Shown piece after piece: positions 18,249 through 42,954 of a stretch of 64,000 bases of DNA (position 1 is the first letter of the stretch; each line of letters begins with the position of its first letter). Both the position numbers and the translations under genes were made by a program. The notes under the pieces were generated by a model. It was not told where the DNA came from and did not search any database. It was given only the letters and a program-made list of their open reading frames with translations. Source of the DNA: the human T2T-CHM13v2.0 reference genome, Homo sapiens; NCBI RefSeq assembly GCF_009914755.1, contig NC_060940.1. One strand, written 5' to 3'.

Positions 18249-18593
18249 TGATCTGCCTGACTCAGCCTCCCAAAGTGCTGGATTGTAGGCATGAGCCACC
18301 ATGCCCGGCCCACCTGGCCCCATTTTTAAGTGTAGAGTTGAGCGGGAGTAAGTACATTCACATCCACACTATTGTGCAACCGTCACTACCAGCCATATCC
18401 AGAATATTTTGAACCTTGCAAAATCGAAACTGTACCACCATTCTAATTTCTGTCTCTATGAATTTGACTGCTCTAGGACACAAGGAGGCTTTAAGCAACA
18501 TCCATCAAATAAATAAATCCTGACCTACCTGCTTTGGTAGCCAGGACGCTCAGAGTTAAATTTCTGTGTTTTATTGCCTAGATTTCCTAATAA

Positions 18594-18929
<336 letters not shown>

Positions 18930-19268
18930 TAGATTTTTTTATACAGATTTTGAACTTGTACCCCTACTCAAGGTTCACATTGAATCTAAGTTACCATCAT
19001 TATTTATATTCCACTGAAAAACTAGGACACAACATAGATTATGAAATACAAACACATCATTATTTCAGACTTCCACATGTGCGAATTGCATTGACGAAAT
19101 GGAGTATGTGTTTTACTCCATAAGCCACATCAAACTGTTTTTCGAAGCAGTGGGAGGTGGTAAAAATCAGAAGAGAACAACATCAAATCCATGTTTTCAG
19201 AGATGAAACACCTCTTCTGAAGATATTCTTCCCCCAAAAAGTGACCCCACCTCCAAGTACAGGCTCAC

Positions 19269-19372
19269 CAGTGGCATTGGAGGATGTCTGCAGTATTCCA
19301 GTCATCCAGGAATAGAGAGCTCTCTGGGAATGAGCCGAGGTTTTGTCGTAGAGATCTTTGAACACTGCAGAT
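19269..19372 (-). CDS. OTOA: Otoancorin exon 9 (104 nt, SAVFKDLYDKTSAHSQRALYSWMTGILQTSSNAT)
   Basis: ttag|ATCTGC...ACTG|gtgagc; in ORF 19183..19395. Confidence 0.95.
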
Positions 19373-19491
19373 CTAAATGACACAAACACAGGCATCAGCT
19401 AATAACAAGCAGGTGGGGGCTGCATTAAAAAGGGAGTCACAACAGCAAATGTGACCCAAAGCTGTCTTGTGTTAAAACCCTTCCCTCTCCT

Positions 19492-20140
19492 GGATGTGGA
19501 GAAATAGAAACGCTTTTACACTGTTGGTTGGAATGTAAATTGATTCAACCATTGTGGAAGACAGCGTGGTGATTCCTCAAGAATCTAGGACTAGAATTAC
19601 CATTTGACCCAGCAATCCCATTTCTGGGTATGTACCCAAAGGATTATAAATCATGCTACTATAAAGACACATGCACACGTATGTTTATTGTGGCACTATT
19701 CACAATAGCAAAGACTTGGAACCAACCCAAATGTCCTCCAATGATGGACTGGATTAAGAAAATGTGACACATATACACCATGGAATACTATGCAGCCCTA
19801 AAAAAGGATGAGTTCGTGTCCTTTGCAGGGACATGGATGAAGCTGGAAACCACCATTCTCAGCAAACTATCACAAGGACAGAAAACCAAACACCGCATGT
19901 TCTCACTCATAGGTGGGAATTGAACAATGAGATCACTTGGGCACAGCAAGGGGAACATCACACACCGGGGCCTGTTGGGGGGTGGGGGGAGGGGGTGGGG
20001 ATAGCATTAGGAGATATACCTAATGTAAATGATGAGTTGATGGGTGCAGCAAACCAACATGGCACATGTATACCTATGTATCAAACCTGCACGTTGTGCA
20101 CATGTACCCTAGAACTTAAAGTATATTTAAAAAAAAAAAA
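19492..20140 (+). mobile_element. 5'-truncated L1PA with poly(A) tail and ~17-bp TSD
   Basis: Classic L1PA ORF2-end/3'UTR with G-tract; TSD aaaacccttccctctcct / aaaaccttccctttctt. Confidence 0.9.
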
Positions 20141-20153
20141 CCTTCCCTTTCTT

Positions 20154-20767
20154 GAATGTAAATTGGTTCAACCATTGTGGAAGACAGTGTAGCGATTCCT
20201 CAGAGATCTAGAACTAGAAATACCATTTGACCCAGCAATCCCATTATCGGGTATATACCCAAAAATATATAAATCATTCTGTCACAAAGATAAATGCACA
20301 CATGATCATTGCAGCACTAATCACAATAGTAAAGACATGTAGTCAACCCAAATGCCCATCAATAATAGACTGGATAAAGAAAATGTGGTACATATATACC
20401 ATGGAATACTATGCAGCCATAAAAATGAACAAGATTATGTCTTTTGCAGGGACATGAATGGACCTGGAAGCCATTATCCTCAGCAAACTAACGCAGGAAC
20501 AGAAAATGAAACACCCCATGTTCTCACTTGTAAGTGGAAGCTGAACGATGAGATCACATGGACACAGGGAGGGGAACAACACACACTGGGTCCTATTGTG
20601 GGGGTGGGGTGGGGGAGGGAGAGCATTAGGAAAAATATCTAATGCATGCTGGGCTTGATACCTAGGTGGTGGGTTGATAGGTACAGCAAACCACCATGGT
20701 ACACGTTTACCTATGTAACAAACCTGCACATCCTGCACGTGTACCCCAGAACTTAAAAATAAAAAAT
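20154..20767 (+). mobile_element. Older 5'-truncated L1PA 3' end
   Basis: Homologous to the adjacent L1 but more diverged; ends 'gtaccccagaacttaaaaataaaaaa'. Confidence 0.88.
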
Positions 20768-20957
20768 ACCCCCAAACACACTCCTTAGGTATATGTAACT
20801 ATTTTTCCCATTTTCCTCTTCCCCTTCACAGCTAAACACCTTCCAAAGAATATTCCATACATATTGTCTCCACTTCCTCACCTCTTGGTCCTTTTTTGGG
20901 GAAGTGGGGGCAGCTCTGTTGAGATATAATTCCCACACCTTACAATTCACCCATTTA

Positions 20958-21251
<294 letters not shown>

Positions 21252-22091
21252 TCAAAAAAAAAAAAATTACATAAATAAAGTGCACAATTCAGTGGTTTTC
21301 AGCATATAAGACAAAGAGCCAAAGATGTTTCTGATGGCATCATTTGAGTCTCTGGATCCAGCTGCGTCTGAAGTCAGCCCTACACCTAAAACTATTCAAT
21401 TACATGTTCCAATAATTCCCTTTTTGCTTCAAGCCAGTTTGAATGGGTTTTTCTGCCACTTGGGCTTACTGCTTACTCAGGTGAGCAGTAACCAATAAAC
21501 TCTCTCTCCCAATGATGTTCTCTTCCACAATCTGCATGAACGGAGGAGGGAAGAGATGCTGAATTTAAAAGGAATAGTATAATAGCCTGCAGAGCAAAAG
21601 GGTTTCATTTATATACATCTTAGTGAAAAAAACTGGCAACCTAGAGAAACGATGAGGTCAGCATACTGTCTGTTTTCCTTACTGTCATTTGGCTACAAAA
21701 GATAAAAGGAATCTCCCACATTGTTATCATCATATTGGTCTTTTCCTTCTTCTAAATCATTTTTAGATTTAGAAAGAGTGCTTTATGGCCATAAAGCACT
21801 ACGATTAGTAAAAGGAGGGAGTTGGCGGTGGTTGCAATGCCTATGGCCCTTCAAGTCCTAGACACAATCCTCGAATTTGGTTTACATCAAAGCGCAATTT
21901 CATGCAGGGCTAGGTGTAACCAATCTAAGCTGGCATGGCATCTCAAAAGGAGAAGTCCTCCTTTTTCAGTGCTCTGTCACTCCTTCTGTTGTCCCTCAAG
22001 AACAAAGTCTCAGTTTAGTGCCAGTGAATCTTTAAAACACACTCAGATTGTTTTTAAATCAATGGAACAAGACCCAGGCTCAGAGCCTTTG

Positions 22092-22458
22092 TGCTGTGGA
22101 CTGAATGTTTGCGTTTCCCCAAATTTCATGTGTTGAAATCCTAATTCCCAACATGAAGGTATTAAGAGGTGGAGTTTTGAGGAGGTGATTAGGTCATGAG
22201 GCTGGATACCTCATGAATGGGATTAGTGCCCTTATAAAAGAGATCCCAGAGGGCTTGCCCACCCCTTCCACCACAAGGGGACACAGCGAGAAGGTGCCAC
22301 CTATAAACCAGAAAGCGAGCCCTCACCAGACACCAAGTCTGTCAGCACCTTGATCTTGGACTTCCCAGCCTCCAGAACCATGAGAAATAAATGCTTCTTG
22401 TTTACTAGCCACACAGTCTATGGTATTTTTGTTACAGCAGCCCAATCTGACTAACACA
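22092..22458 (+). mobile_element. MaLR solo LTR (MLT1A/MSTC type)
   Basis: tgctgtggactgaatg start, MaLR core motifs, ...ctaacaca end. Confidence 0.8.
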
Positions 22459-22484
22459 CTTAAGCAAGCAACATATCTAGCTAG

Positions 22485-22682
<198 letters not shown>

Positions 22683-23065
22683 TGAGATTACAGGCGCCCA
22701 CCACCATGCCCAACTAATTTTTGTATTTTTAGTAGAGACGTGGTTTCATTATGTTGGCCAGGCTGGTCTCGAACTGCTGACATCATGATCCACCCACCTC
22801 TGCTTCCCAAAGTGCTGGGATCACAGGTGTGAGCTACCACACCCAGCCTAACTCTACAGATGTTAAGCTTTTGCTCCAAAACGTGCATATCAACCTGTCC
22901 CCACTTGTCTTCTCCCTGCTGCCAGGTGAGATCTCTTTGCATTCTCACGGCAGCCCCTGAAGGATACTGTGATGAGTTAAGAAGGTGGGAGTGGCTGGGT
23001 GCAGTGGCTCATGCCCGTAATCCAAGCACTTTGGGAGGCCAAGGCAGGTGGATCACTTGATGTCA

Positions 23066-23543
<478 letters not shown>

Positions 23544-23958
23544 CTAAAGCAATGACAGAAGCCAGGGTCAGTTTGAGAGCTGCCTCTCAATTTGGAAGCC
23601 CTGGGAGGGACCACACATTGCAACAGTGGGGAAAGTCAGGATCACTGTTTAACACCATGCTGCTATGTTGAAACTTCTAGAACTTTCCATTCCCTGCAGA
23701 ACAAAGTCAAGGCCTTTACCTGCTCCACTCACTGTGGAGCCTCCCCACTCTCCAGATACACCTGACCAGCATACATCAGGCCCTTGGTCTACCTGGAATT
23801 CTGCATCTTTCCTTTTTCTGGTGAAATCTAGCTCATCCTTTAAGTCTGGGCTCCATTGCCATCACCTTCGTGAAGTCTCTGATCCCTCCAACTTCCTACT
23901 TCAGATCAGATTTCCCTCCCTTATGTGGCCCCAGGGCATCTTGAACCAAACTCTATAA

Positions 23959-24300
<342 letters not shown>

Positions 24301-25080
24301 TAGGGTTACAGGTATGAGCCACCATGCCCAGCCCATCTGGGGAGATTTTGAAAAGGACTGATTGGCCTGGAACAGTGGCTCACATCTATAACCCCAGCAT
24401 GTTGGGAGGCTGAGGCAGGTTGATCGCTTGAGCCTAGGAGTTTGAGACCAGCCTAGGCAACACAGGGAGACCCCGTCCCTAAAAAATAAATTTTTTAAAA
24501 TTAGCTGGGTGTGCTAATGCGCACCTGTAGTCCTAGCTGCTTGAGAGGCTGAGGTGGGAGGATCACTTGGGCTCAGGATATCAAGGCTGCAGTGAGCTAT
24601 AATTATACCACTGCACTCCAGCCTGGATGACAGAGCAAGCCCCTGTCTCTAAGAAAAAAAAAAAAAGCCTCCATTTTACTGAGCATTGACTCTACTGTGC
24701 CAAGCTTGGAGCAAACGCATCATCTGATTAATTCTCATGACAATCCTACCGGTTAAGCCCCATGGGTACTAGGGTCAGGCATTCCCAGGTTCCAGTCCCA
24801 GGGCCTCCATTATCTGTGTGTCCTGAGCAAATGACTTACCTTTTTTAAGTCCCAGTTTTTAAGGTCTCAGAGGCCTTGCTTTGTGATATTCTTGGATCAC
24901 TAAACTCATTTTGTGGAAATTAACTGTTCCTGTTTTTTGTCTCCCCTCCAGACCGTGAGCTCCTTGAGTGCAGGAGGATCTCTGTGTCCACTGGTGCATA
25001 GTAATTTTTACTAGTGGATGTTTATTGACCCAAACAACCAGGAGATTCTCAGATCCTTAATTAGGACCCGTCATTTCTTA

Positions 25081-25368
<288 letters not shown>

Positions 25369-25594
25369 CTAAAACAAAAATAAAATAAAAAATTGTAAGG
25401 CTCTTCATTTTAACTTTGGAGAAAGTAAGTGAGAAAACTTAGGTCCTAAAGCCCCCAGGGGGTTGGAGGAGGCAGAAGGAGAGAGGAAGAGACAATGAAG
25501 TGCCAAGGCCTAAGTCAGGCTCCATTTATTCAATTCAACAAACACCACGTGGTGCTGGACTTCCTCTATCCCCGGGATGCCAAGGGCTCCTCAC

Positions 25595-25726
25595 CAAGCC
25601 GTCCTTCTTGTCTTCTAAGAGGCATTTCATGGCAGTGCGGAACTGCTGGGCGTCTGTCTTCCTCAGGTCCTCCAGCAGCTTCTGGGGCTGGTGCAGACGC
25701 TGCTCCAGGTGGTTTTCCACGGCTGC
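25595..25726 (-). CDS. OTOA: Otoancorin exon 7 (132 nt, AAVENHLEQRLHQPQKLLEDLRKTDAQQFRTAMKCLLEDKKDGL)
   Basis: acag|GCAGCC...TTG|gtgagg; contained in ORF 25535..26005. Confidence 0.95.
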
Positions 25727-25970
25727 CTGTATTTGGGGTGTTGGGAGAGTCGGTGAGAACAGAAAGAGCAGGAGCACATGGTCAGCACCATGGCCAGCGG
25801 CCCAGCCCGGCCCCCTCAATTCCCTGCAGAGACCACAACTAGTGGCCAGCAGTCTGGTTTGGCCACCTCCAAATTTCCTCATTAGCCGCCAACATTTAAA
25901 AATGAGGGGCCGGGCGCGGTGGCTCATGCCTGTAATCCCAGCACTTTGGGAGGCCGAGGCGGGTGGATCA

Positions 25971-26244
<274 letters not shown>

Positions 26245-26395
26245 TCAAGATTTCCAACTTCTCTTGAAAAAGTAAAGGTTTGGCAACACCGGGCGCACAT
26301 CCCCTTTTAGGCAATAATTGGCAAGCCAAGGGACAGCTGCTTGTTGAAGTAACTCTCAGGCCCAGCCAGCCCGATTCCCCCATTCCATGGCCTGC

Positions 26396-26425
26396 CTGGT
26401 CCCTGTAGGTGATTGAGTTTCCCAT
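26396..26425 (-). CDS. OTOA: Alternative internal first coding exon of OTOA (MGNSITYRDQ) joining exon 7 via a GC donor
   Basis: ATG at 26425, 10 codons, CAG|gcaggc donor, phase 0 matches exon 7; agrees with my recollection of an annotated signal-peptide-less isoform. Confidence 0.6.
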
Positions 26426-26745
26426 CAGCAGCAGCTGGCCTTTGTCCAGGAAGTTTAGAACCCCAGATGGCACTGTGCCCAAACCCAAGCTACCAGCGCA
26501 GGAGCAAAATACAGGCGAAATGAACATACTCTGTGGCGCCCCCTACAGGGCAAGGAGCAGAAGCCATCAGCCTCTCCTGAAAGAGATTTCCTCTGCTGTC
26601 TGGGGAATTGTTCTCTAAATCTCCGTTAAACAGACATGCCCAGTGTGATGTCATGGGCAAAAGGTGAACTCTAGACCCAGACAAGCCACATGCAAATCCC
26701 CACCTTGACACTTACTAGCTGTGTGGCTTGGACGAGTTACTTAAC

Positions 26746-27612
<867 letters not shown>

Positions 27613-28469
27613 TAAAAGGACTTACCACATAGAGTTATTACGAGGATTCAGTGTGTAAAGTGTTTTCAATAGTTGCTAGCACACAGTAAGTGCTCAATAG
27701 TGCCAGCTATTATTCTCTATCTTGACCAAGGTGAATAATGGCTTAATTAAAGCCTCACCCCTAAAATGAAAGGTCCTTGTGGGTAGTATCATGACTGCCT
27801 TGTTCCCTACTGAGTCCTCAGTGTCTAGAGCTATGCCTGGCAGAAAGCAGATGTTAACTCAGTAGATATTAAATGAATAAATAAATATGGTATATACACA
27901 GGAAGAAACGTATCAGATTAAAGTGGATACATCTCATGAGTATCCATTACTGCTAGAGAGAAAAGTGGCAAGCATTGCTTCTCTTTCAGTTTCCCTGACT
28001 GATGAAGAAGAAAAGAAAAGCAGATGCCATGTGGGGCCAACAGCCACCTCCAGCTAGTGGCTGTCCTGGGACCTGGCAGACAACAAGCTCTCTGAGTATA
28101 TTTGTGATATCAATGTTGGTTGATGTTTCCATTTTCATTCAAACATAAGTAAAAATGGAAACAATGAAGACATATGTCAGAACTTTATTCATTAATTAAT
28201 GACATAAATGGTCTTTTGCTAAACTGAATAACTTTCTCAATACTGAAAGAATTTTTCTCCAATTTTCTGTGTTATCCACAGTGTGATGATAAAGACACAA
28301 CATGCCACACTAGGCTAACAGTCAGGCAGGTGCTGTGCAGTTCACCGCAGTCACCACCACAGGCACGAGCCCTATTGCCCCTTAAGGCAAATATCCTTTG
28401 CCACCTATCAACACGCTTGTGCTATTGTTTTCATTACAGTAGTACATTTCTTGGACCCATGGTAGAAAG

Positions 28470-28920
28470 ACTGATCACTATATCCAAATATCCACTCTCT
28501 CACTGCTCTTTATCAATTGAACCCTTCAACTTTTAGTTGGGTACATGGCTCCTTTGCAGTAAGATGTGACTATGGTGTGTGAGCCAATCTAATGTGTGCA
28601 GAGGGAATTGTGTAACTTGCGTCATATCCTCAGAAGAGAAGATGCTACCCTTGTCTTCTTCTTCCCACCCATCCCCTGGATTGGAGAAAGGAAGAGGTGT
28701 TTCCACCACATGGGCAATAACTCCCCAGGAGATGACAAAGCAAAAAGATAAAAGGAACCTGGGTCCTTGGATAACCTCATGGAATAGAGCTGCCTTTTCT
28801 CTGTGGCTTTCCCACTTAGCTCTGGACTATTGTACGAGAAAGAAATAAACTAAATTGTTTGAGCTGCTGTCATCTGGGGGTCTTTTTGTTATAGCAGCTC
28901 AGCCTATATCCTAATATACC
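28470..28920 (+). mobile_element. Old MLT1-type LTR fragment
   Basis: 3' end 'aaataaactaaattgtttgagctgctg...ttgttatagcagctcagcctatatcctaatata'. Confidence 0.55.
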
Positions 28921-29121
28921 ATGTCTCCATCAAAGGTGGGAAAATGAAAGAAAGACAAAATAGCTTATATCATGTTTCAAGAAAAACTGGACAGAACCCT
29001 TTTCCTTGCAGAAGCAAAGACTATCTCTACATCCAGCCCACTTCTCCAACTTACCTGGCCCCTGAGTTTGCAATCCCTGAGCACTGAGATGGGAACATAT
29101 AGATGGGTCTCAGGTACACAC

Positions 29122-29209
29122 CTGCAGGCTGGGGATGGTGAAGGCAACATTCCGGGAATTCAGATAGGCCAGGACTCTGTGGGACAGGTCATCCGTCCAC
29201 ACGTGGGAG
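29122..29209 (-). CDS. OTOA: Otoancorin exon 6 (88 nt, SSHVWTDDLSHRVLAYLNSRNVAFTIPSLQ)
   Basis: gaag|CTCCCAC...CAG|gtgtgt; in frame. Confidence 0.93.
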
Positions 29210-29513
29210 CTTCAGTTGAAGACAGACAGGAAAAGATCACAATGACAGATTCTCCTACAAGCACTACTGTACTAGCTAAGTGCCCAGGGGACAGGTAGGG
29301 ATGGACCAGGGGTGTTAGGACTTTGTACTTGGAAGTGGGAGGTTTCTCTTTTCTTTTCTTTCCTTTTTTCTTTTCTCTTTTTTTGAAACAGGGTCTTGCT
29401 CTGTTGCGCGATCACGGCTCACTGCAGCCTCAATCTCCCCAGCCCAAGTGATCTTCCAACCTCAGCCACCCAAGCAGCTGGGATCACAGGTGCATGCCAC
29501 AACACCCAGCTAA

Positions 29514-29756
<243 letters not shown>

Positions 29757-30052
29757 TAATTCCCGTAACAATCTGCTTAGATTGACTACAATCCAAACTG
29801 ATTGTGTTAGAAAGATGTACATTTAAAAGCAGACGCTAGGTACACCATGAGAGGCTGGAATAGCATAGTTAGGAGTGTGGGCTCCAAACTGGATTTGAAT
29901 CCTAGTTCCATCACTTAGTTGTGTGGCTTGAGACAATTTGATAAATTTTCTTGTGCCTCAGTTTCCCTTTATATGAAATATGGTTAACAACTGTGAGATT
30001 AAAATTTGTTCACACATGAAAATTGCGTAAGACTGTGCCCAACACACAGTAA

Positions 30053-30356
<304 letters not shown>

Positions 30357-30731
30357 TAAGCCACCATGCCCAGCCTATGAAAAGCCTTTTGTAATCTTAC
30401 GTTTGCTTCTTTGTTTGTTTGTTTGTTTGTTTTGCGATGGAGTCTCACTCTGTTGCCCAGGCTGGAGTGCAGTGGCTCAATCTTGGCTTATCACAACCTC
30501 AGCCTCCCGCGTTCAAGTGATCCTCCTGCCTCAGCCTCCTGAGTAGCTGGGACTACAGGTATGCACCACCATGCCTAGCTAATTCTTTTGTACTTTTAGT
30601 AGGGACAGGGTTTCACTATGTTGGCCAGGCTGGTCCCGAACTCCTGACTTCATGATCCGCCCACCTTGGCCTCTCAAAGTCCTGGAATTATAGGCATGAG
30701 CCACCGCGCCCGGCCTGTAATCTTATAAAGA

Positions 30732-30765
30732 GATGGATGGATGGATGGATGGATGGATGGATGGA
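30732..30765 (+). repeat. (GGAT)n tetranucleotide repeat
   Basis: Direct reading. Confidence 0.95.
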
Positions 30766-31422
30766 TAAATTAATAAACAAATAAAATACTTAGACTGAAA
30801 GAATATATCCAAAAGTACCCATTGGTGTTATCTTAGGGAAAGGAGTGGTTATGGGAGTCTTTCACTTTAACATAACTGGGTATCCCTGATATGAGGCCCC
30901 AAGACCCCTATTTCTTATCGATCATAGTACTCATCATATTAGAATTGTTTATTAATATTGGCGTTTCCACACTACCTAGTTCCCTGCCCCATGTCCCTGG
31001 TATCTGTCTGTATGCAGCTTATAATGCAACAGTAAAGGGAATGGGTCCTGGAGCCAGGCCACTGGTTCACATCCCAGTTGTGTGTCCTTGATTTACCCTT
31101 CCTGGACCTCAGTTTCACCATTGTGTGCAATGGGATAACAATGGGAACTACATTGTGTGGCACTTGTGAGGATTAGATTGTTTCTATACCAAGCGCTTAG
31201 TAGAATACCCACTACATAGAAAGCACTCAATAAATTTCAGCTCTTAGGCCGGTTGCGGTGGCTCACACCTGTAATCCCAGCACTTTGGGAGGCTGAGGCC
31301 GGCAGATCACCTGAGGTCAGGAGTTTGAGACCAGCCTGGCCAACATGGTGAAAACCCATCTCTACTAAAAATACAAAAATTAGCCGGGCATGGTGACAGG
31401 TACCTGTTACCCCAGCTACTCA

Positions 31423-31554
<132 letters not shown>

Positions 31555-31739
31555 TTATGCTAGAGTGAGGAGGAATGATGCCCGTGGAGCAAGGGTGTTT
31601 GTTGACTTTTAACACATTGTGCATTGATTGACATTTTTTGTAATGAGCACATATTACTTTTTACAATTAAGAGACTTCCATTAAGAATTTTTATTAAAAA
31701 TCTATACCATCCCTTCCCCTCTCCTCTAGGGCATTTTAC

Positions 31740-31767
31740 CTTTGAAACTGTATGAGATCCAGCAGTG
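31740..31767 (-). CDS. OTOA: Otoancorin exon 5 (28 nt, ALLDLIQFQ)
   Basis: tag|CACTG...CAAAG|gtaaa; in frame. Confidence 0.93.
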
Positions 31768-31884
31768 CTACAATGGGAGTAAAATGAAAAGACATCTTTA
31801 AAAGGAATCATTCCAGAGAGATCACAGCTACATTCTGTTTGAAATTCTTAGAAGAAGCAAGTGGAGATCAAGGGGGCACATTAC

Positions 31885-31915
31885 CATTCAGATAGCTTCC
31901 ATCTATTATTTCTTC
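31885..31915 (-). CDS. OTOA: Otoancorin exon 4 (31 nt, EEIIDGSYLN)
   Basis: tttag|GAAGAA...AATG|gtaat; in frame. Confidence 0.93.
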
Positions 31916-32007
31916 CTAAAAGGCAAAGAGATAACATCAAGTATAACAACCAAAAGTTGGCAATTCCAGTAGAGGGGACTCTGATTAACAGAAAATAGAA
32001 TACTCAC

Positions 32008-32036
32008 CGCCATGTTTTGCAACAATGGATGCAAAT
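32008..32036 (-). CDS. OTOA: Otoancorin exon 3 (29 nt, DLHPLLQNMA)
   Basis: acag|ATTTGC...GCG|gtgagt; frame continues from exon 2. Confidence 0.93.
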
Positions 32037-32345
32037 CTGTAAGAAAGCCATTGAATGTATAACTAGAATTGAATTGTGTGACCTTCAAAACTACAAATAT
32101 GGGTTAGAGGAAAAGCCCCAGAAAGCCACTCATGAAGGAAATTTTTAGTGAATTTTAATTATAACTGTCCACTCTGAGAAAACCGTGGCTTGAAAAATCC
32201 TCTTAGAATAATCCTGAAAAATCATACATGCACACACACACAGCCCAAAAACAACTTACAGCATCATGTACCTAATGTATCTATCCCACCTCATTCCCTA
32301 AACTGTGTGGAAACCACAAAGGGTGATTCTTCCCTCAGGACTTAC

Positions 32346-32436
32346 CCTGCCTGGAATTTGGCACTGTATAACTCGACACTCCATGGCTCAGAAAAAGGAA
32401 TAGGAAAAGGGAGTATGTCGTAGGTTCCTGAGACAT
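32346..32436 (-). CDS. OTOA: Otoancorin exon 2 (start codon, signal peptide MSQEPTTYSLFLFLFLSHGVSSYTVPNSRQ); exon begins at 32440
   Basis: cag|GAGAATG acceptor; 91 coding nt; donor AGG|gtaag; hydrophobic signal peptide. Confidence 0.95.
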
Positions 32437-32480
32437 TCTCCTGTAGTTAATTTAAGCATAGAAGTGATTCATGTTTTTTT

Positions 32481-32543
32481 TATATATATATATATACACA
32501 CACACACATATATATACATGTATATAAACATATATATATATAT
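32481..32543 (+). repeat. Compound (TA)n(CA)n(TA)n repeat just upstream of the OTOA exon 2 acceptor
   Basis: Direct reading. Confidence 0.9.
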
Positions 32544-32752
32544 GGACATTCAGAAGACAAAAGGAAAAACCAAGTACACCCAGAATCCCTTGAAGTCTTT
32601 TTTAAAAATAATTTTAAAACTCACCTACTTTCCTCCATCTAAACCCCCATTCTTGTCTAAGACACTATCATCTCTCTCCTTGGTGACTACAATGGCCTGT
32701 TTATCTTACCACTACCCCCAACTCCTCTCAATCCAGCAAAAAGGTATAGTCA

Positions 32753-39200
<6,448 letters not shown>

Positions 39201-39459
39201 AAAGTCAGTATCAAACAGAAATGGAAAAGCATGGACTGTGGAGCCAGTCACCTGTTCTGAATCACGTCTCCGCCACTTACTAGCTGTGCAATGTTGGACA
39301 TATTTCTTTCTTTTTTTTTTTCTTTTTTCTTTTTTCTTTTTTTTTTTTTTGATATGGAGTCTTACTCTCTTGCCCAGGCTGGAGTGCAGTGGTGCAATGT
39401 AGGCTCACTGCAACCTCTGCTTCCCAGGTTCAAGCGATTCTTCTGCCTCAGCCTCCTGA

Positions 39460-39621
<162 letters not shown>

Positions 39622-40229
39622 TGAGCCCGGCCTTGGACGAGTTTCTTAATCTCTCTGCACTCCAATTTTCTCGTCTGTAAAATGAGATTAATGATGGTAC
39701 CAGCATCACTGTGTCGTATGAGGGTAAAATGAGTTGTTAATAGTGAATCACTTCAAACAGGGCTTGACACAAAGTCAGCTCTGTATACAAGTTTATTAAA
39801 TAAGCAAAGAAACCAGATTGCTGTTTTCAAACAGATGCTGTTTTGAAAAACACCATCTCAATAAACTCATGTCACCCTCCGCCTCTCCCCATTACCCTCA
39901 AGATAAAGCCCAAAGCTTTTCCAGTGGCTGTATCACCCTCCTCTTTGCCCCTCATTCCCCAAGGTTCCTGCCCGGGCCATCTGTCTGTCCCTCCAAGGTG
40001 CTATCCTCCCCAGATTAAGACCCTCTCACAGGCTGTTCCTCGGCCCAGAGGATTCTTCCCCTTCCTCTTTGCCCGGCTAAGATCAATTCATTGTAAATTT
40101 CAAGTCTTCAATGAAGCCTTCCCTGAATTCTCTGACCAGGCCAAAGCAATTAGCCAGAAGAAAAGGCCAATACTTCTCTTTTATAGCACCAAGCACAGCT
40201 ATAATACATATTTATGTTTGTGTAATTAT

Positions 40230-41739
<1,510 letters not shown>

Positions 41740-42238
41740 TAATTTTTGTATTTTTAGTAGAGACGGGGTTTCACCATGTTGGCCAGGCTGGTCTCAAACT
41801 CATGACCTCAAGGGATCCACCTGACACAGGCTCCCAAAGTGCTGGGATTACAGGCATGTAATCCCACTGCACCCGGCCCCAGATAGTCAGCATGTATTTA
41901 AACCCTGAATGATATCACCAAGAAAGTAAATTTACGGAGAAATTAGGTGAGTTTTAAGGACTGAGACCCATGGCACCCCCATTGCCAAGACGTTGAGTAG
42001 ACTAGGTGCAGCCAGAGAAATCAAGACTGTGGAAAACTCCCCAAAACAAACAACCTAGTTTCTTTAGCCAATATATTACAGAGAGAGAGAGAAAGAGAAC
42101 CTATTAACTCAAAAACAAAAGATTGATCACTTGTAGAATCTAGACTTTATTTGGATCCTGATTCAAACACGTCATGTCTGGGCACGGTGGCTCACACCTG
42201 TAATCCCAGCACTTTGGGAGGCCGAGGCGGGCAGATCA

Positions 42239-42661
<423 letters not shown>

Positions 42662-42954
42662 TTAGCCTGGCGTGGTGATGCACACCTGTAGTCCTAGCCA
42701 CTCAGGAGGCTGAGATGGGAGGATCTCTTGAGCTCCAGAATTCAAGGCTGCAGTGAGCTATGATCATGCCACAGCACTCCAGCCTGAGTGACAGAACAAG
42801 ATCCTGTCTCAAAAAAACCCAAAAAATTGTGAGACAATTGAGGAAATTTGAACCCCTGATTAGATATTTGAAGATTTTAAAGAATTATTGTTAATAGTTT
42901 TAAGTTTGATAATGAAACTGTGGTTATATTTTTAAAGGAGTCCTTATTGTTTCA

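Noticed and set aside
19833-20738. Several 76-119 aa ORFs
   Set aside because: L1 ORF2-end/3'UTR sequence
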